Source of the DNA: Somniosus microcephalus
Lineage: Eukaryota
Direction of reading: 5' to 3'
Assembly: GCA_052327205.1 (NCBI GenBank)
Contig: CM126207.1
Coordinates: forward strand, 76,880,001-76,944,000
Length of the DNA: 64,000 bases
Positions 24,680 through 37,522 of this stretch are shown here, piece by piece (within the stretch, counting starts at the first letter, position 1; the number at the start of each line of letters is the position of its first letter). A program made the position numbers and the translations under genes. The notes below the pieces were generated by a model, which made no database searches, was not told the DNA's origin, and was given only the letters and a program-made list of their open reading frames with translations.

Positions 24680-26326
24680 AATAATCACCCTTGTTCCATA
24701 CATCAATGTTCCTTGACATACGGGCAGCTGTTCTCGTCTGGCTGAGAATGCTGGTAACAGTGGTTCGCCATGTGCTGGCCATCCCTTCACTGTCAAGTCG
24801 TAGACCCGAGACAGTGTCGGGTCATTTCGGGTCTCTCTCTCAATACCCGCATTGGTGACTGGTAAGCATTCGATGATGGTCGAGTGAAACATCTCTACAG
24901 GGCCAACTGCCGGTGCCTCTTCCGCTGTAGGTAGTGGCAGGCATGACAGCCCATCAGCATTACCATGTTGCTTTGTACCTTTGAATTCAATATCATATTG
25001 ATGTGCCCCTAGGAAAAGGGACCATCTCTGAAGCCTCTGCGCCGTCATTACCGGAACACCCTTCTTAGGGTTGAAAATGGAAACCAACGGCTGGTGATCT
25101 GTCAGCAGCGTAAACTTTTGGCCTTGCAGGTAATGGTTAAATTTCTTAACTCCCCACACGAGGTTGAGAGCCTCCCTATCTATCTGGGCATAGTTGCGCT
25201 CAGCGGAGGTCAATGATCTGGATGCGAAAGCGACTGGCCTTTCCGAGCCATCTGGAAACTTATGTGAGAGCACTGCCCTGATACCATATGGAGAAACATC
25301 ACAAGCTAAGCGAATAGGCAGCGTTGGGTTAAAGTGAGCCAACACTTCCTTAGAGGTGATCAGTACTTTGCTCTTTTGAAAAGCCCGCTTACAATCATCG
25401 CTCCACTTCCATGGTATTCCCATTTGCAAAAGAGTGTTTAGCGGGTGTAACACCGTGGATAAATTTGGAAGAAACTCATGGTAATAGTTAACCAACCCGA
25501 GGAACGACCGCAACTGGGATACATTTTCCGGTGCAGGAGCTTTTTCAACAGCTTCGATCTTGTCAGGTGACTTATGGAGCCCCTCCCGGTCAATGACGTG
25601 GCCGCAGTACGAGATTCGCTTTTGAAAGAACTCGCATTTCTGGCGGTTAACTCTGAGCCCATATTCTTTCAATCTGATGAGCACCTGCTCCAAATTCGCG
25701 AGGTGATCATTATCGTTATCTCCTGTAATCAGGATGTCATCCAGGTAGCATTGTGTGCCTGGAATTCCCTGCAATACCTGCTCCATGGCCCTTTGCCAAA
25801 TCGCTGGAGCCGATGCCACTCCAAAAACCAGTCTATTATACTGATATAAGCCCTTATGCGTGTTGATCGTGAGATACTGACGTGATGCTTCATCAACTTC
25901 CATCTGTAGGTACGCCTGCGCCAGGTCTATCTTAGTGAAGTGTTTCCCGCCAGACAGCGAAGCGAAGATATCTTCAATCCGTGGAAGCGGATATTGCACC
26001 GTGTGAAGAACCGGATTAACAGTGATCTTGAAATCGCCACAGATGCGAACCTTCCCAGGTTCCCCCGGCTTGTTGCTCAACGAACGCTTCATGACAGGAA
26101 CAATGGGTGTAGCCCATTCGCTCCAGTCCACCTTTGACAGTACCCCTGAATGTTCTAGCCCTTCCAGCTCTGCTTCCACAGCAGGTCGTATCGCATAAGG
26201 CACCGGTCTGGCTTTGAAAAATTTTGCGTTTGCATGTTCTTCAACCTTGATGGTTGCCGTAATTCCTTTCAGTGTTCCAAGTTCCTGTTGGAACACCTCC
26301 TTAGCATCGTCTAAGATTTTGGACAG

Positions 26327-27523
26327 TCATTTAGGTTTGGCGTCATCCTCCTTACAGGCATCTACAGTCAGTGCTTGTATGGAATGCCAGTCCACATTTA
26401 TTCTCCTGATCCATTCCCGTCCCAGTAGTGGCGGACCTCCATCAGGTAACACATACAAGCCCATTTTCTGACTTTCTTTACCATTGTAGACCACGTTTAC
26501 TTTTATCTTTCCTTTGGGGTATACTATTTGCCCCGTGTATGTTTTCAATACAATCTCCGTATCCCTCAGGGGAATGTGCGAGAATAACCTTTTGTAATCT
26601 TGCTTATTCATGACCGTTAATGCCGACCCAGTGTCCAATTCCATCTTCACTTGGACTCCTGCTATCCGAAGCGTGACCCAGATAGTTTGGTGGTCTGCTG
26701 TGTTACCCACATTATGTATTTTCAGACAACCCAGTTGCTTACTGCTGGAGTCTGAATCCATCTTCTGTTCATCCGAACTGTTCTCTGTCACCTTGTGTAC
26801 TTTTTTGTACTTCTCCTGCGGTGACTTTTTGCTGCTGGTCTTCTTTCCTGACCGGCATACTCTTGCTATGTGACCAAGTTTGCCACATTGCCTGCATTCT
26901 TTATCTTTGAACCAGCACTGGTTCTGGTCATGCGTTGTCCTTCCACAACGATAGCACTTTACTGTGCCCAATGCCATTTCATTGGTGCTGAATTCCAATG
27001 GCCTTTGCTGTATCTCTGCAGCGCCTCGTGCTGCTGCCTTGTGGGATGCTGCAATGCTGAAAGCTTTGTCCAGCGTAAGGTCCTTTTCCTCTAGCAGTCG
27101 CTTCTGGGTTCCTTCCCTTAGGAGCCCACACACAAACTTATCTCTCAGTGCGTCTGCTAGTCCTGTTCCGAACTGGCAGTACTTTGATAACTTGCGCAGT
27201 TCTGTTAGGAATTAAGCGTTGCTTTCTTCTTTAAGTTGAATTCTTTTGTAGAATTTAAATCGTTCCGCTATCAGCAGTGGCGTGGGGTTTAAATGCTCCT
27301 GCAGGATAGTAACAATATCCGCGAAACTCTTCCCTACCGGTTTGTCTGGTGTTACCAGGTTCCTTAATAACCCGTACGTCTTCGCACCCATTGAGTTTAA
27401 TAGGGTTAGTGCTTTCTTATCATCCGGTACCTCATTCGTTGTACAGTAAACTTCGATGCGTTCCACATAAGTGGCCCAATCTTCCACATCATTATCAAAA
27501 GCAGTGATGTTACCCATTTTTGG
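26327..27523 (-). pseudogene. gag: Gypsy gag-protease (premature stop near 27212)
   Basis: MPKMGNITAFD..., CYRCG..H..C and CRQCGKLGH..C knuckles, ELDTGS protease. Confidence 0.88.
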
Positions 27524-29071
27524 CATCCTTGCTGAGTTTCTCCTTCCCCTTTGGATATTCTTATTATTATTATTTTTTTTCAAACTGGCGGCTTTTCCCG
27601 CGCTTGGCGGCTTCTCCCGCGCTTGTCTTCTTCCCCCGCCGACTCAAAATGGCGATTTCCACGCTGTTGCCGTCCACGCCTCCCAGCGGTCCTTTATTTT
27701 TCCCTGCGCTGCTGCTCTTGTTCCCCCGCCGCTCCCGCAGTCCTTGTGGCCATAAACGCTTTTCTGGCTGCTGCGCGTCTCTGCCCGATTGCAGTCCGGC
27801 CCCTGACACCGGCTGCGGTTGTGTTCTCCGCCCTTTTCGTCGTTTTCCCTCCCCTTCTCCCAGTGACAACACGGCCGATTTCCCCCCCGTGCCGCTCGAT
27901 CGGGCTTGCCCGCCGCTGTCGTAGAAGGGATGCTCACTGATGCTTGACTTCGTGGTCAGCAAACCAACCCGGTTTCCGATGGCCTCCCGTGCAATGCAGG
28001 ATGTTGAGGGCGGATGCCCTTTTTCGATGCCCGTTTCTGAGGACGAAGCTTCCTTTGATGCAAAACTGCCGCAAGGTAAGATCAGACTCGTCGCCACTGT
28101 TGAGTCTGTGGTTTCAATTGCAGTTAGACTGAATAACAGGACACAGACTACAGAAGTAAGTAAACAGGTCTTTAGTGATTGAGGGTCAGGGCTGAACTGG
28201 GATACACTTTGCTCTGCAGGGTTTATATACCGGTGTGGTCACCACCAGTACTACAATGTACAGGAGCCACCAAAAAGTAGTCCATCACCTTAAGGTATCC
28301 TCTTAAGGTGGTACAGGTTACATACACTACAGGATGATTGCTATGAATCATATAGATAGGGCTCTAAATTATATGCAGCTCTGATACTATATTAATCTGA
28401 ATACCATGGATGAGTTTAAGTTATTATTCAATTATGCAGTATGTTGCTTTAAACCACAAATATGTCAGTGCACACAAAACAACTAGTCGGGTATTATGTA
28501 AGACACTGAATGCATTCATGTTAATAACACTTGTTTTGATTTAATGAGCAACACACTATAAACTATTTCTCATTACCCCTGTTAAAACTATATTTAAAAG
28601 TACATTTGTAACTGAATATTCAGTAAAGTCTCGACATTTTTTAATTCAATTCAAAACAAAAACATATTACAAAATGTGTGAGATTAGAAATTCTGTCTGA
28701 TCATTGACACTAATGAAGATTGTCTGTTCACTGGTTCCTGGATTAATCATGATAAAGCTGCTCCACTTGGGTAATAATGGCCGGAAATTTTTGTACCTGG
28801 GCGGGTCAGGTGCGAGCGGTCGGCGTGGCGGGTCGTGACCCGCTGTTGCTTCCATCCCACTGCAGGGATCGACTTTGTGATAATGGGGCCTATTAAGCCC
28901 ACCCTGCGCATTACCCGGCCCTATTAAATGGTGCGGGTCTGATGACGTCATCCACGACACGTTTTCAGCCGGGATATTTAAAGGAGCTATAGCCACATTG
29001 CATTTGAAGGTTCATCTAGGAGTGTGCAGTCACTGCACTGGAGGCTTTGATTGCTCCAAACAGTTGGAAAG

Positions 29072-30960
29072 ATGGCTGCACAGAGGCAGAGGGCTGCACC
29101 CAGGTTCTCCGATGACTCCCTCCATATGCTTCTGGAGGGAGTCAGAGCATGCAGGGAGGTCCTCTTCCCTTCCAATGGATGGAAGAGTCCTCCACAGGAG
29201 AAAAAAGAGCCTGGCTACAGATTGCAGAGGAGGTCAACAGCAGGGATGTGTTCAGGAGGACCCGGGTGCAGTGCCGGAAATGTTTCAATGATCTCATTAG
29301 ATCTGGAAAGGTGAGTACTAACCCACACTCAACTTCATCCTGCTGTGCCTCTCATCACATCCCCATCACACTGCCTTCCCAACCCTACTCCTGCACATCA
29401 TTACTCACACCAACTTACCTTGCATGTCCACCCATCCCTCTCTCTCTCTATCTACATTATCACATCCTCATCTCACTAGCCACCCCTCACACTCAGCCTC
29501 ATCCTAATGGAATCATACCAACTAACAACAGCCAAGGAGGCCACTTGGCATTGCCACCCCACTCCCTCATAGTCTCCCTCTAAAGATATAACCCATCCAT
29601 CATTCTCACTCAACCTTCTCTTTTTTCTTTCTTTGCAGGAGAAGACAGTGCACAATAAGAGGAAGAGGGAGAGAGCTGGAGGTGGCTCTCCATCATTTGC
29701 CACCCTCACAACAGCACTGTAGATGGCGTTGGAAGTCTCGGGAGTGGCCAAGCAGCTGGAGGTGGGGGATATCTCAGCAACCTGGTGGCAGAATTACATA
29801 TCATACAGCTACATGGCATACAGCAGTCACTCATATGGGGACTGATGTCATCAGCCACTGAATGGTCATCATGTGCATAATGGTATCTGTACCCATTCTT
29901 CATATGGCATATTTAACTCATCTCTTTACTCTCCCACAGGTGCATCAAACACCCCACCGCCCCCCCCCCCCACCCACTGTCCAGGTGGAAGAGCAAGATT
30001 ACTCCTCAGACGAGCCTCCAGCCTCTGAGGGCGCAGCGTCACCAGATATGAGCACACCCAGCACCCGTGCAGAGACGCACACCTCGGTGGGTCCCACGCG
30101 AGATAGAGACATGTTGTCACCGGGTCCGTCACAAGTCACAAGTGAGCAAGAGCTGATGATGGAGACAGGGATAGCAGTGGAGAATCCCAACCGGAGGGAG
30201 CAGGACACTCCCAGCTCTGCTCAGCTGCATGCAGTCGCTGAGCCTCAGGGGCCATCCAGAAAGAGCGCTATCCTGGAGGAGCAGGAAGAAGTGCAGGAGG
30301 CCCTGACAGGTATTGTGAGTGTGATGTCTGCAACTGTTCAGAGAATGGACGAGTCCATCTCCAACATGAGCACCACCATGTCGCAGGCGATGGTGATTGT
30401 AAGCTCTTCCATGGATAGGATGGCCACCTGCATGAAGCCACTCATGCGCCACTCACAGGACCATATGGTCTCTATGGAGAATAGATGGCTATCTATAGAG
30501 AATAGATGGCTGTCTATGGAGCATAGATGGCAGAGGCTCATAGACCTCCTGTCTAGGAGGGAAGTCAGAGTAGACGTGGGTCCTCATGGCCCCATTGATG
30601 TGCAGCAAGGTGCTCGCCAGCTCCTTGCTAGAAGGGAAGTGCAGGTGGCCCATGAGAGGGCTGACAGTGAAAGGGGAGAGGGAATGTGGGCTCCTCTCAA
30701 AGCGCTTACACTTCTCCCCCATTGCCACCCCCTCAGTCAGAGCCCAGAGCTCCTCCGATCACGATGGCTGAGTCTGCCCCTGCACAGCCACAGGAGGAAC
30801 AGACTTTGATGGGGCCATCACAGGCTCCAAAACCTAGAGGACATCCACCAAGAGTGTCCAAGCAGACACAACAGGGAAGTGAGCAAGTTGCCTCTACCTC
30901 TGCTGAAGCCACAGGGGTAGCACCTTGTAGAAGCACCCGGAAGATAAAGATGACACACAA
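29072..30960 (+). pseudogene. Harbinger Myb/SANT-like gene, 3 exons (~29072-29310, ~29639-29785, ~29940-30960)
   Basis: AAPRFSDDSL..LLEGV, AWLQIAEEVNS, QCRKCFNDL; GTGAGT donor at 29311; polypyrimidine-CAG acceptors. Confidence 0.8.
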
Positions 30961-33806
30961 TGGAGGGCAATGGATGTTGTCTATGTGGATTTTAGGAAGG
31001 CATTTGACAAAATATCGGTAGCAGTGGAAAGAATTAACGCGCACTTGGAGAGGTTTAATCTAATTAAGGAGAGCCAACACGGATTTGTAAAAGGCAGATC
31101 ATGTTTGACTAATCGAATTGAATTTTTTGATGAAGTATCAGGGAGGATCGATGAAAGGAATGCAATGGATGTTGTTTACATGGATTTTAGGAAGGCGTTT
31201 GACAAAGTACCACATAGAAGGCTGGTTAACAAAATTGAGGCTCATGGAATAGTTGGGTCAATGGCAGCTTGGCTAAGGAATTGGCTTTAGGACAGAAAGC
31301 AGCGAGTTGTGGTAAATGGTTGTTTTTCAGACTGGAGGATGGTAGACAGTGGTGTTCCACAAGAAGCGGTGTTAGGGCCACTGCTTTTTTTGAAATATAT
31401 AAATGACCTGGATATTGGAATACAAAGTAGAATTTGTAAATTTGCCTATGACACCAAACTTGGAGGTGTGGCTAACAGTGAGGATGATACCAATCGACTG
31501 CAACAGGACAGAGAAAGGCTAGCAGAATGGGCAAACAAGTGGCAGATGGAATTTAATAAAGAGAAGTGTGAGGTGATGCATTTTGGCAGAATAAACAGGG
31601 AGAGGCAATATGTACGGTTCCCAAAATACCCACATTCCCCAAAAGTTATGGATAAAGGGATCCTGTATGGACAAGTTATTAAAAAGTGTACCCAAAATGG
31701 CTTCTGAGACCTCGTGACCAAGGCTTGCAGGATTTTAAAAGCAAGGCCCTGCAGAAGGCAGGCCCATTCAAATCCTGAAGCGAAACCTAACATGCATGGA
31801 TCTGTGAAAGATTTTGCCATTTTCTAAAGCCAGACAGCTAGGTAAACACAGAATATGCATTCTTCACCTTGGAACAGATCAAGTCAGGATGGACCTAATC
31901 TTGATGCCATTAACTTTTCGCATATATAATCAGTAACAGCTCACAGGTAGCTGCCAAGCCAGGAAAGATGATTTAATTTCATAAATAACAAACAGCCAGG
32001 ATATCGAAGCCATTAAACAAGGAGACAACTGCCCCAGAAGTCATTAAAGTGAATGACTGTAATCATTTTAGACGAGCCTGGCAAAGTTAGACAAAGAACT
32101 GACCTGATTTGGCACGCAGATAAAGGGTGAAGAACCGAGTATTATTGTAGGCCCACCGGTAGCTCTCACTCTCTTGCTCGCTCTCTTGCCTCTTGCCTCT
32201 CGCTCTCTTGCTCGCTCCCGACACTGAGGGTGCCCATTACAACACCGGGGGCCAAACACGGGGAGGAGAGCGAAACCGAATCGAGCACGCACAGGACACA
32301 CAGGCCACAAACGGGCAGACGAGACGAGATGAGACGAACGGTAAAACCGATAGGCAGAGAAGGGCAGCAAGAAGAAGCGTTGGGGGACAAACGGCCTAAT
32401 TATAAGCTGGCGTTTGAAGCTTGGGTAGCAAAATCATATTAACAGTAAAAACCGTCAACCGAGCCCCAACCGCAAAAAAAACCGTCGGCAACCAAACCGC
32501 CACCAGAAGAACAACCACTTCCTGCAAGGTGAAGTACCCCACAAAAGACTAATCTGACGAAGGAAAAGAGGGGTACTTCACACAGACAACTCCATCGCCG
32601 CGCCCTGTGACCACGTGATGACGGCAGGCCCAAAGGACAAGAGCGAACCCCAAAAACCACGACCGGCTTAATCGACAGGTTTCGAACCGTAAAAGAACCC
32701 CATTGTTGAGCATGAATTCCTGGCCCCTCGTAGCTTAATATAGTTAGGTATTGGGGTGGGATAAGGATAAGGGGATTTTTAATGTGTTTGTTCCCTCGAT
32801 GTGTCGTGTGTTCCCCATTCCCATATAAGTGTAATTTTATATGCCTGTAATTATTCCAGTAATTCCCAGTATTGTGTTTTATTGTGCCTTTAATAAAAAT
32901 TGCGGTTTTCTTGCACCAAACCACTTGTCTACTCTATTTTCTGTATCACTGCCTGTACCTAAGTCCGGTGTCTAGAACCCAGGGGTGTGGGAGCGATTCA
33001 AACCGCTCAGAGACAGTCAGGGGCAGAGCTGACTGGGCACATGCCTCCCCCTACAAATCTACACTTAATGGCACAGTTTTAAAGAGTGTGCAGGGACAAA
33101 GGGACCTGGGAGTTAATGTGCATAGGTCCCTGAAGGTGGCAGGTCATATTGAGAGAGTGGTTAACAAAGCATATGTGATCTTGGGCTTCATAAATAGAGG
33201 TATTGAGTACAAAAGTCGAGAAGTTATGCTGAATCTTTGTAAAACACTGGTAAGGCCACAACTGGAGTATTGTGTCCAGTTCTGGTCACCACACTTTAGG
33301 AAGGATGTGAAGGCTCTTGAGAGGGTGCAGAGGAGATTTACTAGAATGGTTCCGGGGATGGGGGATCTTAGCTACAAGAACAGGTTGGAGAAGATGGATT
33401 TGTTTTCATTAGTGCAAAGGAGGTTGAGGGGTGATTTGATAGAGGTGTACAAGATTATGATGGGTTTGGATAGGCTAGACGGGGAAAGGCTGTTCCCACT
33501 AGTTGATGGTACAAAGCCTCGGGGACACAGATTTAAGGTTTTGGGCAACAGATACAGGGGGGAGGTGAGGAAAAAAAATTTTACACAGCGAGTGGTGAGG
33601 ACCTGGAAATCGTTGCTGACAGAAGTGGTGGAACACTCAATGTTTTCAAGGGGGGACTGGATAGGCAATTGAGGGAAATAAACTTTCAGGGTTATGGGGA
33701 TAGAGCAGGGGAATGGGACTGACTGGATTGCTCTACAGAGAGCCGGCACAGACTTGATGGGCTGAATGGCCTCCTTCTGTGCCGTTATGACTTGATGACT
33801 CTATGA
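30961..33806 (+). mobile_element. CR1 LINE fragment interrupted by a solo LTR
   Basis: RT motifs in ORFs 30970-31290 and 31309-31707, C-terminus in 32872-33672, ATGACT tail. Confidence 0.88.
31611..33055 (+). mobile_element. Solo LTR (1445 bp)
   Basis: TGTA...TACA termini, near-TSD AATA/AATC, AATAAA at ~32891; the CR1 frame (RQ|YTLNG) rejoins across it. Confidence 0.75.
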
Positions 33807-34149
33807 CAAGTAGATTCACAAGGGTAGCCACTTGGGTGTTTTAGTCAATGTTAATGCCAAGTTTCCGTTAATGTATTGTCAACCATTAAAATCTTTACTT
33901 TCACCAATTTCCCATCTTGGACACATTTGTGTGCACCTTTGGAAGTGGCTTAGTGAGTTGCAGTGAATGGTGAGACATAACGATACCGCCAGCAATGGTG
34001 GTCAGTGTGAAAGGAATGGTTTGGTTACTGTAAGGATCCCTCCTGCTGTTGCTGTGGGGTGGTGCCAACCTGTCGCAGCATGTGACAGCCATATGGGTGT
34101 ACTGCGTAAAGTTAACTAAATCTGGCCATGATGAGGCCATTCCCTGGTC

Positions 34150-35340
34150 TCCCAGGCAGCAATGCACTCAGGTGCTGGTGGGATCTGGGCTGCAGGTTCC
34201 TCCTGCTTCAGCTCCTCCTCATCTTCCAGCTGATGCTCCTCCTCCTCCTCCTCCCCCTGTTCCTCCTCCTCTGAAGATGCTGTGCGCTCAGTGCCTTGCT
34301 CCTCATGCAGCGCTAATCCTCGCTGCTGTGCTATGTTGTGCTGGGCGCAGCAGACCACGATGATTCAGGAGACCCTGGTTAATGTGTACTGAAGGACTGC
34401 TCCAGATCTGTCAAGGCATCTGAAGCACATTTTGAGCATGCCTATTGTCTGCTCTATGACACATCTGGTGGAAATGTGGTTTTCATTATATCTCTCCTTG
34501 CCCTCAGAACTTAGCCTCCTCAAGGGTGTCAAGAGTCACGTCTTCAGTGGAAAGCCCTTGTCTCCAAGTAGCCAGCTCTGTTTGGAGGAGCGAAGAACTG
34601 AGGGGGGGTGGACTGGTGATGGACGAAAGAGTCATGGCAGCTGCCAGGGAATTTGGCGCACATATGCATGATTATCTTTTTGTGGTTGTAGACCAGCTGC
34701 ACACTGAGGGAGTAGAAAACCTGTCGGTTCACAAACACTCCCTGATGACACTTTGTGCAGTTGATGACACCCTGCACCTGTGGGAAGCCAGCCAGAGCCA
34801 CAAAACCGAGTGCCCGCCCAGTAACACTGGCTTCATCAGTGGGAAAGCTGATATAATTGGCTGACTTGTCAAACAGGGCATTGGTGACCTGTGTGATGCA
34901 TCTGTGGGCAGCTGACTGCGAGATGCAGTAAATGTCTGCTGTAGATCCCTGGAAGGAGCCTGAGGTGAAGAAGTTGAGGCCACTGGTAACTTTGTCAGCC
35001 ACTGGTAAGGCATGTCCACCCACTCCTCTGCAGGTCTTGCTCCAGCAATGTGCAAGTGTCTGCGACGACATGGCACAATAGCCTGAGCATCCTTTGGCAC
35101 TGCTGCTCCGTCATGTTGAGGAAGCTCATCCTCTGCCTGTATACCCTGTGTTGGGGTTATCGACTCCGGCGTGGTGCAGCCCTGCGCTGATGCCCTCTGT
35201 CCTGTGGAGCATCAGGTGGGTGAGGAGAATGTTGGTGTTGTTGTTGGCGCTACTGGTGTGCCTTGTGCTGCTGGTGTTGGGGCTCATCGTGGTCTGATTC
35301 TGAGGACCAAGGTGAGACAGTATAATCCACACCCATGCTG
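34150..35340 (-). pseudogene. HARBI1-like nuclease, degraded
   Basis: [46 protein letters not shown]. Confidence 0.82.
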
Positions 35341-36339
35341 ATGGAATAGATGGCAGGTCAAGTAGAGATCAGAGGACAAGTTGTTAATGGAGTGATAGGT
35401 TGTAACAATGAGGTGAGACTGGATGAGACTTTGCTGGAAACACTTGCAGCCTATAAAAAGCTAAATGTGTGCTTGGAATGCAGTCAGCAACAGCTTCTGC
35501 CTGAGTAAAGTGATCAGCTGTGAGGTGGAAGGTTTCATAGGACATTTCATGCTGTCATCTAATCAGCTGGAGCAATGTCCACTCAACTCCCGCCTCAGGC
35601 TGACAGACTTGGTTCCCGAGCTGCGTGAATCCCGTGGGCAGCCAGGGAAATTCGAAAGGTAGGCTGAACAAAGTCCTTAAGGGTCTGACAACCACCTGTT
35701 AATGATTTGAATTAGGTCACCGCCTCTGCCGGTCGGGTCGCTGCCTGAGGGAAATGCGCGTGGGGACAGGATGACGGCAGGTTCCCGACCTGCTCCAACC
35801 TTTTTCAAATTTCCCACCGACCTGCCTCCAATCACATCTGCACGGACCCCAGAAAATTCTAGCCAATATGTATATTCCACTGCTGTGTGGGACAGTAACA
35901 TTCACTAACAAACATAAAATCAATGCAAAGAAACTCTTCTTGAATCACACAATACTTTGTTTTTTGAATTGCCAAAGTGGATAAAAATTACTCCAAGCTG
36001 TTGATACATATTTTCATCACATGGGTAGATTTTTGACTTATGGGCATTAAAAATCTCCTGGACAGAGCACAGAGAGGAAAATTGGGCTAGAAGGATTCCA
36101 CACCAGTAAGAGAACCTGCCTATATTTTCCTTCCATTTAAATTAATGGAAGGAAAATCCAGTGGGCTCCATATAGCAATCGTGCAATTTCTCCCAGCCAG
36201 ATTATCATCTCTGGGAAATGTTTCACATGCAGGTGGAAAAAAATCCCATTGGCATATCCATTCCTCCAGATTACCAAGGCATCGCTAGAGCTTTTCTGAT
36301 ACTATTTCTGAGTTCATAGACAATACCCAAATGGAATGT

Positions 36340-36720
36340 CCTCAGCCAACTGAGAGAAAGCCCCAATCCTTTGTTTGGGTATTTGAATAGCATTGGCATA
36401 AATAAGGAACAAGAATGGGGTGAAAACGAAGCCCTGGAGAACTCCTGTCATTGGGTAAAACTAAGTGGCTATTGCTGTCCTTATTTTAACACCAACTGAG
36501 TGCTTTGCCAGGAAGTTTGATATCCATCAAATTAGCTCACTGGGGATGTTGAACTGAGAGATGGCTTATCATACTCCATTGTTGAAAGCCTTTTCCACAT
36601 TCAGTAACACCACCAATATGCTCTCTTTCTTGTTAAAGGCTCAGAGAAAGTTTTGTGAATCATCACAAATTGTCACTGGTGCTTGTTCTTTTTCTGCACC
36701 CTGTTTGATCTGAGTTGAAA
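36340..36720 (-). mobile_element. Old non-LTR RT remnant
   Basis: Degenerate VEKAF and GVLQG-like motifs on the minus strand. Confidence 0.4.
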
Positions 36721-36746
36721 AAATCAATTTCCTCGAGGCGATAATG

Positions 36747-37421
36747 CAGGCGGTTCACCTTCTCCGTAACATCGTCCGTCTCCGCCCCAGCCTCAGCTCA
36801 TCTGCTGCTGAAATCCTCATCCATGCCTTTGTTACCTTTAGTCTTGACGATTCCAATGCTTTCCTGGCCACCCCACACCCTGCACTCTCAATAAACTTAA
36901 GCACATCCAAAACTCTGCTGCCCGTATCCTAACTCACACCAAGTCACGTTCACCCATTACCCCTGTACCTCTGTGCTCGCTGACGTACATTGGCTCCCGG
37001 TCTGGCAATGCCTTGATTTTAAAATTCTCATCCTTGTTTTCAATTCCCTCCATGGCCTCGCCCCTCTCTATCTCTGTAATCTCCTCCAGCCCTACAACCC
37101 TCCGAGATCTCTGCCTTCCTCCAATTTTGAATTCTGACCTCTTGTGCATCCCAAATTTTCTTCACTCCACCACTGGCATGCCTTTAGCCGACTAGGCATT
37201 AAGCTCCGGAATTCCCTCCCTAAACCTCTCTGCATCTCCACCTCTCTCTCCTCCTTTAAGATGCTCCTTAAAATCAACCTCTTTGACCAAGCTGTCACCT
37301 GTCCTAATATCTCTTTATGTGGCTCGGTGTCACATTCTGTTTGATAATCGCGCCTGTGAAGCACCTTGGGACATTTTGCTACATTAAAGGAGCTATATAA
37401 ATGCAAGTTGTTGTTGTTGTT
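36747..37421 (+). mobile_element. L2-type LINE 3' end
   Basis: LIHAFVT..LD, QNSAARIL, LHWLP-like motifs; ends CTATATAAATGCAAG(TTG)n. Confidence 0.78.
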
Positions 37422-37522
37422 TTCTGTGATCATTCTTGCAGCAACCTTGTCAAGGGGCTGATAGTTCAGTAATTGCTGGAGTCACTAGAGTCTTTGCCTG
37501 ATTTGTGAACCATTGTGACCAC

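Larger units (their letters stand above)
21725..26326 (-). pseudogene. pol: Gypsy pol (RT, RNase H, integrase), interrupted
   Basis: RICGDFK, YLDDIL, LACDVS, DREAL; integrase LHEGHLG..C..C, HIDFAGP, SDNGP; C-terminus RRHADQL...PPQSLNL. Confidence 0.9.
21403..28331 (-). mobile_element. Full-length Gypsy/Ty3 LTR retrotransposon, inactivated by stops and three insertions
   Basis: 234-bp LTRs 21403-21636 and 28098-28331 (4 differences by eye); TSD GGATG; PBS TGGCGACGAG (tRNA-Ser-like); PPT AAAAGGGGAGGAA. Confidence 0.95.
28779..35864. mobile_element. Complete-structure PIF/Harbinger element (Myb gene +, nuclease -), degraded, with nested CR1 and LTR
   Basis: GGCCGGAAATTT / AAAATTCTAGCC termini, TSD AAT; convergent genes. 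Confidence 0.8.
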
